Source: an uncultured Myxococcota bacterium
Lineage (GTDB): Bacteria; Myxococcota_A; UBA796
Assembly (NCBI GenBank): GCA_965661985.1
Contig: CBFIFY010000041.1
Span: 1 to 38,744 of the forward strand
Length of the DNA: 38,744 bases
Direction of reading: 5' to 3'
Shown: positions 26,763-36,194 of the stretch, piece after piece
How positions within the stretch are numbered: the stretch's first letter is position 1
How the letters are laid out: each line of letters opens with the position of its first letter
The notes under the pieces: model-generated
What the model was told of the DNA's origin: nothing
Databases searched by the model: none
The model's input: only the letters and a program-made list of their open reading frames with translations
Program-made: the position numbers and the translations under genes

Positions 26763-27320
26763 CTACCGATGTGGTGATGTTAAATAGTGATCCACCTCTG
26801 CAGTCGGTGCCATCCAACCATCCAACATCTTATCACCATCAAATAAAAAACGTCCATAGAAACGCTCACCAGCGATCATGGTCGGCAACCAGTGAATGTC
26901 GTCCTCCCACATTTCATGGTAGGGAATGGCATCCACATCGAACCACAAGGGTACTGCCTCGTCGGTTTCAGTTGGTGTTCCTTGAAACTCTGAGCCAGTA
27001 AATACGATTAGATGAAAACAGTAGCCATCTGTGAACTGAAAATCTACTTCTCCCGCATACCTTGGGTCCGTCACCGTGATACACAACTCTTCTTGCATCT
27101 CTCGGACAGCACAATCCTTCTCCGATTCTCCCTCTTCCAAGCGTCCACCAGCCGCATTGATTTTGCCAGCGCCCAGTCCACGTTTCTTACGAATCAAGAG
27201 CATCTTGTTCTGTTGCGTCACAAACAGCAGCGTTGCCTTTTGCAACGGCTCCCACTCATCCCAGTTGATTTGAGAGAGCGCAGTCAGTTTGGCGGCTTCT
27301 TCCTTGGGTAAAATCGGCAT
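26763..27320 (-). CDS. Nudix hydrolase
   Basis: Nudix box GGRLEEGESEKDCAVREMQEELC. ATG 27320 (MPILPKEE) with SD GGAG. Confidence 0.75.
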   Translation of the reverse strand: MPILPKEEAAKLTALSQINWDEWEPLQKATLLFVTQQNKMLLIRKKRGLGAGKINAAGGRLEEGESEKDCAVREMQEELCITVTDPRYAGEVDFQFTDGYCFHLIVFTGSEFQGTPTETDEAVPLWFDVDAIPYHEMWEDDIHWLPTMIAGERFYGRFLFDGDKMLDGWMAPTAEVDHYLTSPHR

Positions 27321-27391
27321 GGTAATTCTCCTGTATACAATTAACTGAATTACCGGAAAAGTCGACACTTGACCAAAGGGTAGAACAACAC

Positions 27392-28021
27392 TTATTCTGC
27401 TGTGTATTCTTCCTCAGCACTGTCAGATTCTTCAGAATGAGAGTCATCACCAGTATCCGAATGATCATCTTCATTGTCGTCTTCATGGTCCTCTTCTTCT
27501 AGTGTATTGGACTGTGCCAACACAGAATCTGAGTCATCAATCTCACCATTCACGTTGACATCATTCCACAATTTCGACGTTTGCTCCAATTTTTCTTGTG
27601 GATCGGGCGCCAACAACCAACCATTCTCTCCGAGCGCAAGGATCATACGCTCTGCAAAACCATTTGCTCCAAGTTTCAAATCCAATGTGGGCGAGACAAA
27701 ATTAAAGAGTGTGTTCTCTTCCCCTACGGTACAAACCAAATCCCAATTTCCCATTTCAATGTGTACACTCGATGCATCGATTGGTGGAATGACCACACCC
27801 GTCTGCAATAAATCATCGGTTGGGCTCACCTCACCATACAATTCATAGCCTTGAACGTTCAACAATTGAAGACTGTTGACGGGTATCCATGGAGTATCAC
27901 AACTGTACCCACTTGTTGGCATGAGTTTTCCTTTTGTACCGCCTGCATTGCCCACCAACGTCCCTTCATATGTTACATCTGTCCGACATCCCAGACCCAG
28001 GACCAACATCCAAAACACCAT
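27392..28021 (-). CDS. Hypothetical lipoprotein with a strongly acidic C-terminal tail
   Basis: Lipobox LGLGC. SD AAGGAGA. C-terminus EEEDHEDDNEDDHSDTGDDSHSEESDSAEEEYTAE. Confidence 0.6.
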   Translation of the reverse strand: MVFWMLVLGLGCRTDVTYEGTLVGNAGGTKGKLMPTSGYSCDTPWIPVNSLQLLNVQGYELYGEVSPTDDLLQTGVVIPPIDASSVHIEMGNWDLVCTVGEENTLFNFVSPTLDLKLGANGFAERMILALGENGWLLAPDPQEKLEQTSKLWNDVNVNGEIDDSDSVLAQSNTLEEEDHEDDNEDDHSDTGDDSHSEESDSAEEEYTAE

Positions 28022-28037
28022 AGTCTCCTTTGTTTTG

Positions 28038-28853
28038 TCATTTTGTTAAGGGAAACATGTGGACTCCAAGTTGAATGGTAATATCCCGCTCCCCTTCTAC
28101 GCCATCACACAAATCCAGCAATCGACTTGCCATTTGGTTTAACTCTTCTTTGACAGTCGGCACCATCGACTCTGGAATCGAAACCGTCACCCCAAGCATA
28201 TGCCTTTCTGACTCAAGATGACGTTGAATGGACTCCGATGCCAATTTCAACATTTGTTGATGATAATTGTGAACAGCAAGGCCGATGACCTGATTTGGTG
28301 TTGTAATGGATATTTCTGGAACTGAATGACTGCCATCATCTTCAAGAATCAAAAATTGAAGCGACAACAATATGTCCAAGGCTTCTTTGGCCTCTTCAAC
28401 ACTGATCGGTGGGTTCAAGTGGGAAGCAATCCACTCTGGATCACACTGAAACCCTTTACACAAAGCCATCTCTCGAATGGCGGGCAAATACCATCTCGAC
28501 AAGTACTGATACTGCTCCCCTTCAAGACAATACGAAAATCTTCTTCGACGCACAGCACTCACACGCTCAAAAGCTTCGGTTCTCATTGCCAGACTGCTTT
28601 CCTGATCAAAAATGACCAGATCTCGAAAATACCGTATTTCTTCGTCCGTCAAATTCATCAATGTCAGCAGTCGAGTCTCCTGATCATCCGTGAGATTCCG
28701 ACGTCCAGTTGTCACATCTTTAAAAAACGAGGGAGATTTCTGGTGACACAATCGAGCAATCATACGATGACTAAAATTGGGGTTCTCTTTTTTCTTTTCT
28801 AAGAACCAACTGTCCAACCAATCTCTATATGACAAATGCTCAAAAATGGACAA
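28038..28853 (-). CDS. TIGR02147-family protein (Fibrobacter/Bdellovibrio paralogous family)
   Basis: N-terminus ..YRDWLDSWFLEKKKENPNFSHRMIARLCHQKSPSFFKDVTTGRRNLT matches the family's conserved N-terminal region. TTG start at 28853 with SD GGAGAT. No in-frame ATG/GTG upstream before a stop. Confidence 0.55.
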   Translation of the reverse strand: MSIFEHLSYRDWLDSWFLEKKKENPNFSHRMIARLCHQKSPSFFKDVTTGRRNLTDDQETRLLTLMNLTDEEIRYFRDLVIFDQESSLAMRTEAFERVSAVRRRRFSYCLEGEQYQYLSRWYLPAIREMALCKGFQCDPEWIASHLNPPISVEEAKEALDILLSLQFLILEDDGSHSVPEISITTPNQVIGLAVHNYHQQMLKLASESIQRHLESERHMLGVTVSIPESMVPTVKEELNQMASRLLDLCDGVEGERDITIQLGVHMFPLTK

Positions 28854-28895
28854 GAAATCTCCATAGAGTCTACGTGACCCAAAATTTCAATTTGA

Positions 28896-29432
28896 TTAGT
28901 AAGTCGTCACACCTGTTGGTTGATAGACTTCACTTTGGGTTGTATCATCATCTTCAGAATCTTCTTCATCCTCAGAATCTTCTTCATCCTCGGAATCCTC
29001 ATCATCTTCGGAATCTTCCTCTGAATCTTCTTCATCCTCAGAGTCTTCATCTGAGTCTTCGTCATCGTAATCATGCTCATATTCATGGTCTTCGTGGTCG
29101 TGATCGACTTCACCATCTTGGTCGTGATCGTGATCATCATATCCATCACCATCGGCATCGTCATCATCCCCATCTTCAATGCCATCATCGTCAGTATCTG
29201 CACTGGTTGGATCAGAGCCCAATTCAACTTCGTCAGCATCTTCAACACCGTCACCATCGGTATCCAAACTAAATGGGTCTGTATTCAAAGAACGTTCTTC
29301 AACATCGGTCAGACCATCACCATCTGAGTCCAGTAAAACATCGCTGTTGTCTTGAAAAGCAGATGTCAATGCAGATTCATTGCAGGCTGTCGCCATTAAA
29401 GCTGCAAGAAGTGTGAGGGGTAATTTTGTCAT
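28896..29432 (-). CDS. Polyanionic, His/Asp-rich lipoprotein with thrombospondin-type-3-like Ca-binding repeats (DxDxDG) and a (E/D-S-E-D-E)n tail
   Basis: Lipobox LMATAC. SD AAGGAG. DSDGDGLTD, DTDGDGVEDADE and DTDDDGIEDGDDDD repeats. HDHDQDGEVDHDHEDHEYEHD His-rich block. 18-bp DNA tandem repeats at 28945-29060. Confidence 0.7.
   Translation of the reverse strand: MTKLPLTLLAALMATACNESALTSAFQDNSDVLLDSDGDGLTDVEERSLNTDPFSLDTDGDGVEDADEVELGSDPTSADTDDDGIEDGDDDDADGDGYDDHDHDQDGEVDHDHEDHEYEHDYDDEDSDEDSEDEEDSEEDSEDDEDSEDEEDSEDEEDSEDDDTTQSEVYQPTGVTTY
28945..29060 (-). repeat. 18-bp coding tandem repeats (~6 copies, tcttcatcctcagaatct variants) encoding the EDSEDE tail
   Basis: Read directly. Confidence 0.75.
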
Positions 29433-29632
29433 GCTGTGCTCCTTGGTGTCACAAAAGTATTGTAGTGAAAGTGGGTTGTAAACCCCACCTACTTAGAATA
29501 ACCAAGGTAAAGCCCCTCTCAAAACCAACAACGAACAAAGCGTACTGGTTTATGGGTACACTCACTGCGAACTCAAGCAATGGATGCAATGGATGCCACC
29601 CATCACCCATAGAAGCTACAAAAGGGAAAGTA

Positions 29633-29706
29633 TACACCCGACAGGATTCGAACCTGTGACCGTCCGCTTAGAAGGCGGATGCTCTATCCAGCTGAGCTAC
29701 GGGTGC
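29633..29706 (-). tRNA. tRNA-Arg (anticodon TCT)
   Basis: Manual cloverleaf. Acceptor GCACCCG/CGGGTGT (G1-U72), D-stem GCTC/GAGC, anticodon stem TCCGC/GCGGA with loop CTTCTAA, T-arm ACAGG-TTCGAAT-CCTGT, discriminator A. CCA is not encoded. Confidence 0.9.
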
Positions 29707-29849
29707 ACAATCTTCATTGTGATCTGTATAAGATCTTCGTTTATTTGAGAATCTGGGCGAGTATGAAAATACATTTATTGCCACAGCCACTCAAATGAAC
29801 TAGTGGACATTTAATCCATTCTTGGATTGATGTCAACCTTGGAGACGCG

Positions 29850-30209
29850 ATGACAATTTCGATTTATGGAATCCCAACCTGTGACTCTTGTCGGAAAGCC
29901 AAAAAGTGGTTTACAGCACAAGACATTCCTTTCACATGGGTGAACACACGAGAGACCCCTCCAACCAAAGAACAAATCGGTCAATGGGTGGCGTCTCTTG
30001 GAAACAAAGCAATGCGAAACACATCGGGCAAAGCCTATCGTGCCATTGGAGAAGAAAAGAAGAGTTGGACTGACGACCAGTGGGTAGACGCGTTTGCGGC
30101 AGACCCCATGTTGCTCAAACGACCTCTGATTGAGGTCAACGGCGTAGCGGTTGGAACAGGCTTTAAAGGGACCGATGCAGAGTTGAAGGAACGATTTACA
30201 ATACCGTAA
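29850..30209 (+). CDS. ArsC/Spx-family thioredoxin-fold protein (YffB-like)
   Basis: ISIYGIPTCDSCRKAKKWF N-terminal CxxC-type motif. ~119 aa. SD GGAG. Confidence 0.7.
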   Translation: MTISIYGIPTCDSCRKAKKWFTAQDIPFTWVNTRETPPTKEQIGQWVASLGNKAMRNTSGKAYRAIGEEKKSWTDDQWVDAFAADPMLLKRPLIEVNGVAVGTGFKGTDAELKERFTIP

Positions 30210-30346
30210 TCCACGACTTTATAACGCGTACTTGTATAGGAAGATGCTGTCGACCAAGTGACAGGGGTACTTCCTATACCGAACATCTATCTTCTGCTAA
30301 TGGATTTGCAGTTCTTACTGTCGCAACGAAAGAACCTTGCCCCCTA

Positions 30347-31030
30347 TTACCCCCGCGATGGTTTGCGACGAATCAATGGCTTGGCGGGCTTGGCGTGCTT
30401 GGAAGCCTTAGAAGATTTGGGAACATTCTCATTATTTGAAGAGTTGTTTAAAGAATCTGAGGTATGAGCATCTGAAGCCAACTTGGAGGTCGAAGGTTTC
30501 TTGTCCATTTTCGGACTGGATGTGCTCGATCCTTTGGTCTTGTTCCGTCGATGTCGCTTCTTACCTCTAGATTTTGCTCGCCCTGCCTCATTGGCTATCT
30601 TGTCAAGAATACCGTTGACAAACCTCGAAGACTGTTCACCAAATTTCTTGGCCAACTCTACAGCTTCATTGATGATGATTCTCACATCGGTTTTGAGATC
30701 GTACACAATCTCAAATGTGCCCAAACGAATGATGTTTCGATCCACCAAGGACATTCTCGCCAATGTCCAGTTGGTTGCGACTTTGGAAATCATGGAATCG
30801 ATGGTTGCCAAGTTCGAGTAAGTTCCCAAGACAAGTTTACTCGCAAAATCTTTCTCATCATCCAAAATTGCCCTTTGAACCAAGGGCTTTTCATCTGGAT
30901 CCAATGGCTCAGAAAACACCGAAGAGCCCCACATTTTTTGCAAAGCTCGCTCCGAAGAATCACCACTGACATCAATACTACACAGGACAACAAAAGCATG
31001 TTGTCGTCCCAAACGCCTAGATCCAGCCAC
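30347..31030 (-). CDS. nusB: Transcription antitermination factor NusB with a ~90-aa Lys/Ser-rich basic C-terminal extension
   Basis: Core SRRLGRQHAFVVLCS...NEAVELAKKFGEQSSRFVNGILDKI. GTG start at 31030 lies 1 nt after the ribH stop and has SD GGGAGAA. The alternative ATG 31057 would overlap ribH. The tail is KPAK/KSSK-rich. Confidence 0.75.
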   Translation of the reverse strand: MAGSRRLGRQHAFVVLCSIDVSGDSSERALQKMWGSSVFSEPLDPDEKPLVQRAILDDEKDFASKLVLGTYSNLATIDSMISKVATNWTLARMSLVDRNIIRLGTFEIVYDLKTDVRIIINEAVELAKKFGEQSSRFVNGILDKIANEAGRAKSRGKKRHRRNKTKGSSTSSPKMDKKPSTSKLASDAHTSDSLNNSSNNENVPKSSKASKHAKPAKPLIRRKPSRG

Positions 31031-31031
31031 C

Positions 31032-31514
31032 TTATTCTCCCTGTTGTGGAAGAACATCAAACAAGCGCACCATTTCGATGGCTGCCAATGCCGCTTCAGT
31101 ACCCTTGTTCCCCATTTTGGTTCCAGCACGTTCGATGGCTTGCTCGATGGAATTGGTTGTCAACACACCGAAAGATACTGGTACACCCGTCTCCAATGAA
31201 ACAGAGGCCAGACCTTTGGCCACTTCTGATGCCACAAAATCAAAATGTGGTGTGCCTCCACGAATCACACAAGCCAAAGCAATAACCGCTTCATATCGAC
31301 CAGAATTTGCGAGGCGTTGAGAGACCAATGGCAACTCATAGGACCCTGGTGCCCAAATGATGTCTATTTGTTCTCGACTACCACCGTGACGAACGATTGT
31401 ATCGATCGAGCCTTCTAACAATCTTGATGTGATCAAGTCGTTCCAACGAGACACCAATATCGCATAGCGTTCTTTTTTTACTATCAAATTTCCTTCAAAG
31501 GTATGTCCAGACAT
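31032..31514 (-). CDS. ribH: 6,7-dimethyl-8-ribityllumazine synthase
   Basis: YAILVSRWNDLITSRLLEGS...AIALACVIRGGTPHFDFV. SD AGGAG. Confidence 0.9.
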   Translation of the reverse strand: MSGHTFEGNLIVKKERYAILVSRWNDLITSRLLEGSIDTIVRHGGSREQIDIIWAPGSYELPLVSQRLANSGRYEAVIALACVIRGGTPHFDFVASEVAKGLASVSLETGVPVSFGVLTTNSIEQAIERAGTKMGNKGTEAALAAIEMVRLFDVLPQQGE

Positions 31515-31562
31515 TCTGATACTCCTACAAGTTTGTGTGGGGTGTTCAACACCGACTCTAAT

Positions 31563-32792
31563 TTATTTATCGGACACTTGAGACAAAAGATGCCCAAGCT
31601 CTAAACGACGCGCTCTCAAGAACGGAAGGTTGTCTTGCGACACTGGCACTTCCAATGGGACTCGTTCTGCAACTTTCAAGCCAAACCCTTCCAATCCGAC
31701 AATTTTACGGGGGTTGTTGGTCATCAATTGCATGCTGCCCACGCCCAAGTCCAATAGAATTTGAGCCCCAGTACCCATTTCACGAAGAGCACCATCACCT
31801 ACCGCATTGGTCAATCCTTCGCGGTCCATCTTTTGCCCCAAGTGGGTGCGTAATGTCCGTATGACTTCGCTGGAGTCTTGACCCGCAATGTTCATATACA
31901 AGAACACCCCTCTGCCTTCTTCCGCAATCTTTTGTAAGGCCATCTCGATTTGCAACCACGAATCCGATGTTTGAAATCCAAATACGTCCACGACATGTGT
32001 TGCAGCTTGTACCCGAGTCAATACAGGTTCATCACCATCCAAATCACCTCGGCTCAAAGCCATGTGAACCTTGCCATCGGTGATGGATTCGTAGACTGTC
32101 ATTCGGAAGTCTCCCAAATCTCCAATCGGAGTGACCACATCAATGGTTCTTTTGACCAACGCCTCGTTGCGCAATCTCCACCGAATCAAGTCCGCTACTG
32201 CAACAATTCGAATACCGTGTTTCTTACCGAACTCAATCAAGTCTGGCATGCGAGACATGGTGCCATCATCGTTCATAATCTCACAGATCACGCCAGCAGG
32301 TGTCAGACCAGCCATTCTTGCCAAGTCTACAGACCCTTCTGTTTGCCCTGTGCGTACAAGAACACCGCCATTTCTTGCTCTCAATGGAAATACGTGTCCT
32401 GGAGTCACCAAGTCTTGGGGTCCAGATTTTGGATCGATGGCTACACGAATTGTTTGGGCTCTATCGGAAGCCGAAATTCCTGTGCTCACACCTTCACGAG
32501 CCTCAATTGAAACGGTGAAAGCGGTATGGTAAGGCGATTGATTGTTGGCAACCATCATAGGCAACTGGAGTTGGTCAACGCGTTCTTCGGTCATTGTTAA
32601 ACAAATCAGACCTCTGCCGTGCACCGCCATAAAATTGATCGCTTCAGGGGTGACAGCATCAGCAGCCATCGTCAAATCCCCTTCATTCTCTCGATCCTCA
32701 TCATCCACTAAGATGACCATTCTACCAGCACGAATGTCTTCTATGGCCAACTTGACACGGTTTAAGGAATCGGAATCCAATGGATTGAACAT
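31563..32792 (-). CDS. ribBA: Bifunctional 3,4-dihydroxy-2-butanone-4-phosphate synthase / GTP cyclohydrolase II
   Basis: The RibB half ([15 protein letters not shown]...) and the RibA half are both present. ATG 32792 sits 2 nt after the ribE stop and has a perfect SD AGGAGG. Confidence 0.9.
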   Translation of the reverse strand: MFNPLDSDSLNRVKLAIEDIRAGRMVILVDDEDRENEGDLTMAADAVTPEAINFMAVHGRGLICLTMTEERVDQLQLPMMVANNQSPYHTAFTVSIEAREGVSTGISASDRAQTIRVAIDPKSGPQDLVTPGHVFPLRARNGGVLVRTGQTEGSVDLARMAGLTPAGVICEIMNDDGTMSRMPDLIEFGKKHGIRIVAVADLIRWRLRNEALVKRTIDVVTPIGDLGDFRMTVYESITDGKVHMALSRGDLDGDEPVLTRVQAATHVVDVFGFQTSDSWLQIEMALQKIAEEGRGVFLYMNIAGQDSSEVIRTLRTHLGQKMDREGLTNAVGDGALREMGTGAQILLDLGVGSMQLMTNNPRKIVGLEGFGLKVAERVPLEVPVSQDNLPFLRARRLELGHLLSQVSDK

Positions 32793-32794
32793 GA

Positions 32795-33526
32795 CTAACC
32801 TCCTGAGTGTGAACGATTGGAGCCATAGCCCCACGCCCGCAAATGATGCTCAACGGAAGCAGCATTGCTCTTGCTTCCCTCGAGATGTGATGAAACTGAT
32901 AACATACGTTCTAGGTATCGGGCAATGACGTCGACTTCCAAATTCACAACATCACCGGATTTCAATGTATGAAACACGGTTTCCTTGATTGTGTGTGGAA
33001 TGATGTTGCAACGAAATGCGCACCCACCCTCATCGATCTCATTGACAGTCAGTGAAACCCCTGCAATGGTGATGCTCCCTTTGACAGCGATGTATGGCGA
33101 AAGTTCTTTGGGAAATCGAACCCACAGAATCCAAGACTCACCAGACTCTTCGAGGCTCAAAATGGTCCCCACACCATCTGCGTGACCTTGCACCATGTGA
33201 CCATCCAAGCGGTCGCCAAGTCGCAACGCCCGCTCTAGGTGCACTTTACTTCCCTGACTGAGAGACTTTAACATCGTACTGTACAAGGTTTCTTGACCAC
33301 AAACCAACACGAACTGATGTGGCGGAAAAACCTCTTCAACCGTCAAACAAACGCCAAAGACCGCAATCGAATCTCCCAAACCAATCCGCTCTCGATCATT
33401 GGTGCCAACACCTGCCTCTCCTGCAGGTGCAACCGGTAAAGAAGAAGACACCCACAACCTGGTGCCACTGCCCACAGTCTGAATCCTGTTGATGACGCCA
33501 ATATCTTCAATGATGCCACTAAACAT
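32795..33526 (-). CDS. ribE: Riboflavin synthase alpha subunit
   Basis: [10 protein letters not shown]...GVCLTVEE ... [12 protein letters not shown] duplicated lumazine-binding halves. ATG 33526 (ATGTTTAG overlaps the ribD stop) has SD GGAG. The ORF-track start 33655 was rejected. Confidence 0.85.
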   Translation of the reverse strand: MFSGIIEDIGVINRIQTVGSGTRLWVSSSLPVAPAGEAGVGTNDRERIGLGDSIAVFGVCLTVEEVFPPHQFVLVCGQETLYSTMLKSLSQGSKVHLERALRLGDRLDGHMVQGHADGVGTILSLEESGESWILWVRFPKELSPYIAVKGSITIAGVSLTVNEIDEGGCAFRCNIIPHTIKETVFHTLKSGDVVNLEVDVIARYLERMLSVSSHLEGSKSNAASVEHHLRAWGYGSNRSHSGG

Positions 33527-34697
33527 GTTCACTCCAGTCTGCGGTAATGTAACGCAAATGCACATCTGATTCGTGATGGTGGACAGACTGGAGGTCAAAA
33601 CCAACAACTTCTGACAACGAAACTGGAGACATCGACAACGCTTTTTTACCTGCACCTATCAGTTTTGGTGCGATAAATACTTCCAAACGATCGACCCAAC
33701 CTTTTTCTAGAAAGGCACGATGAATGGTTGCCCCACCTTCAAGAAGAACAGAGTAGATTCCCTCTTGAACAAGTTTTTTGGCTATTTGGTCCAGAGACAA
33801 GCCGTCTCCATTCGCAGAACCAATACTGTGACTATCCACCCCCAAACACCGACCTCGAGGTTGCTGGTGAGCCCAGTCACGCTCACAAAACCACAGAGGC
33901 TCTTTGCCAGCGGTGCGCACCTTGGCCCCAGAAGGCGTACGCATTTGTGAATCCAAAATAATTGGCACAGCATTTTCTGGTTCTGTGGTGGCAAATGCCG
34001 TTGAATCTCCAACCTGTTCTGCAACGAAGCGTGTCGTCAAAGAAGGATCATCCGCCAAAACAGTTCCCACACCAACCAAGATACCATCGTGCGTATGACG
34101 GAGATAGTGTCCCGCCTGACGAGATTTTGCATTGGTTATCCACTTTGACTGTCCAAAGATATCGGCAGTATACCCATCCAACGTCAACGCCGTTTTCAAC
34201 GTAAACCGTGGTCTTTTTTTCAGCCGTGCCAACAGATAGGCGTGATTCACTTGTCTACAAGCCAATTCTTCGACACCCAACACCACTTCAAGTCCATGCT
34301 TGCGCAACAGTGCAATCCCTTCTCCCGACACCCTCGGGTCTGGGTCTGCCATACCCACAACCACTTTGGACACGCCCATCTCCACAATAATGCTTGTGCA
34401 AGGAGGGGTTCGCCCAGTGTGGCAACATGGTTCCAAGTTGACAAAGAGTGTAGCTCCTTTGGCAGAGACTCCACGTTCCTGCATGTCTCTTAAAGCGTTG
34501 CGTTCTGCGTGTAATTGCCCAACCCTCGGATGATAGCCTGCACCAACAACCGTTCCATGTTGCACGACAATGCACCCCACCATCGGATTGGGCGACACTT
34601 TACCTTCACCCATTTGGGCAAGTGTCAATACCCTCCTCATCCCTTCTTCGGGACTGGAGATGGTCTGACCAATCATCTGTTCTACAGTCGGGTTCAT
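33519..34697 (-). CDS. ribD: Bifunctional riboflavin biosynthesis deaminase/reductase
   Basis: HAERNAL and LEPCCHTGRTPPC deaminase motifs plus a C-terminal reductase domain. Confidence 0.9.
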   Translation of the reverse strand: MNPTVEQMIGQTISSPEEGMRRVLTLAQMGEGKVSPNPMVGCIVVQHGTVVGAGYHPRVGQLHAERNALRDMQERGVSAKGATLFVNLEPCCHTGRTPPCTSIIVEMGVSKVVVGMADPDPRVSGEGIALLRKHGLEVVLGVEELACRQVNHAYLLARLKKRPRFTLKTALTLDGYTADIFGQSKWITNAKSRQAGHYLRHTHDGILVGVGTVLADDPSLTTRFVAEQVGDSTAFATTEPENAVPIILDSQMRTPSGAKVRTAGKEPLWFCERDWAHQQPRGRCLGVDSHSIGSANGDGLSLDQIAKKLVQEGIYSVLLEGGATIHRAFLEKGWVDRLEVFIAPKLIGAGKKALSMSPVSLSEVVGFDLQSVHHHESDVHLRYITADWSEHV

Positions 34698-34737
34698 GAC
34701 CTTCTCTTAGCCCAAACCCATCGACATTACAACCAAA

Positions 34738-36018
34738 CTACAGTTGATAGTTTGGATAAATCGGAAATCGCCCACACACCTCATGGACTTCCGATTGAAT
34801 GCGACTCAGCAAGTCAACATTTTCATGATTTTCAATGACATCAGCGATGCGGTCGGCAATCCACTTGGACTCCTCAACCCCCATCCCTCGAGTTGTGACG
34901 GCAGGCGTACCAATTCGGATTCCGCTGGTGACCATTGGTGAACGTTTTTCCTTTGGGACAGTGTTCTTGTTTACCGTAATACCGGCCTTACCCAATGCGA
35001 TTTCAGCATCCTTTCCAGACACATCTCGTTCGGACAAATCAATCAACATCAAATGGTTGTCCGTTCCACCAGACACCAATGACAACCCACGTTCCTGCAA
35101 TCGCTCTGCCATCGCATTGGCATTTTTCAAAACTTGCGCACAATAGGCTTTGAATTCTGGTGTCAACGCCTCTCCAAAAGCAACGGCTTTACCAGCGATG
35201 ACATGCATCAAAGGACCACCTTGCGTACCTGGGAATACCGCAGAATTGATCTTCTTCATCAAAGAGCGTTTGGCCATGATCAATCCACCGCGTGGTCCTC
35301 TTAAGGTTTTGTGGGTTGTCGTGGTTACGACATCACAATGTGGAAATGGACTTGGGTGATGTCCAGATGCCACCAGTCCAGCAATGTGTGCGATATCTGC
35401 ATGCAACATCGCCCCTACTTCATCGGCAATCTCACGAAACGCGGCAAAGTCAATGATGCGAGGATAAGCAGAAGCCCCACAGATGATGAGTTTGGGTCGA
35501 TGCTTCAACGCTTGTTCGCGGACGTGGTCCATGTCCAACCAACCATCGTCATTGAGTGCATAGTCTGCACCACTGTACAACTTTCCAGAAGAATTGACAG
35601 GTGAACCATGCGTCAAGTGTCCACCATTGGACAAACGCAATCCCAAAATGCGATCACCTGTGTGGGTTCCGTCTTCTTGTAGAGAGCCACCGTTTAACAG
35701 AGCCAAAAATACAGCGGCATTGGCTTGAGCGCCAGAGTGTGGCTGAACGTTGACCCCAATGTCACAGCCTTCGACCATAAAAAGGTTGCGGGCACGCTTT
35801 CGCGCAATATTTTCTACGACGTCTACATGGTGACAACCACCATAGTAACGACGATTTGGCAAACCTTCCGCATACTTATTTGTCAGAGGAGACCCAACCG
35901 CTCGCAACACAGCTTCTGAAGTGTAATTTTCCGACGCGATCAGTTCCAATTCATCTTGCTGGCGAACAACTTCTGCTTGAATTGCGGTTTGTACTTCTGT
36001 ATCCCAAAATGTCGACAT
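34738..36018 (-). CDS. glyA: Serine hydroxymethyltransferase
   Basis: N-terminus [29 protein letters not shown] and the PLP-lysine region [24 protein letters not shown]. Confidence 0.92.
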   Translation of the reverse strand: MSTFWDTEVQTAIQAEVVRQQDELELIASENYTSEAVLRAVGSPLTNKYAEGLPNRRYYGGCHHVDVVENIARKRARNLFMVEGCDIGVNVQPHSGAQANAAVFLALLNGGSLQEDGTHTGDRILGLRLSNGGHLTHGSPVNSSGKLYSGADYALNDDGWLDMDHVREQALKHRPKLIICGASAYPRIIDFAAFREIADEVGAMLHADIAHIAGLVASGHHPSPFPHCDVVTTTTHKTLRGPRGGLIMAKRSLMKKINSAVFPGTQGGPLMHVIAGKAVAFGEALTPEFKAYCAQVLKNANAMAERLQERGLSLVSGGTDNHLMLIDLSERDVSGKDAEIALGKAGITVNKNTVPKEKRSPMVTSGIRIGTPAVTTRGMGVEESKWIADRIADVIENHENVDLLSRIQSEVHEVCGRFPIYPNYQL

Positions 36019-36194
36019 GGCTTCTCCTTAAAAACTGAATACACGACAAAAGATAAATTGCATCGCATTATATCCATTTGCAGGCATTTCGGACAGAAGA
36101 ATTTTACAGCCTTATTGTAGGTGACAGTCGCTCTTTGATGGACCATACTTTTTATTGCGAAAAGCCTTCAGTCTCTTTGGTCTTTGTAGAACTT

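Noticed and set aside
29433-29849. Prophage or integrative element at tRNA-Arg
   Set aside because: No integrase, excisionase, transposase or phage genes on either side. Kept only as a low-interest remark about the accessory block.
31515-31562. Palindrome GGTGTT-g-AACACC after ribBA as an intra-operon terminator
   Set aside because: The loop is 1 nt and there is no T-run. ribH follows with its own strong SD, consistent with read-through.
34698-34737. Looked for an FMN riboswitch upstream of ribD
   Set aside because: The intergenic space is only 40 bp, too short for an RFN element.
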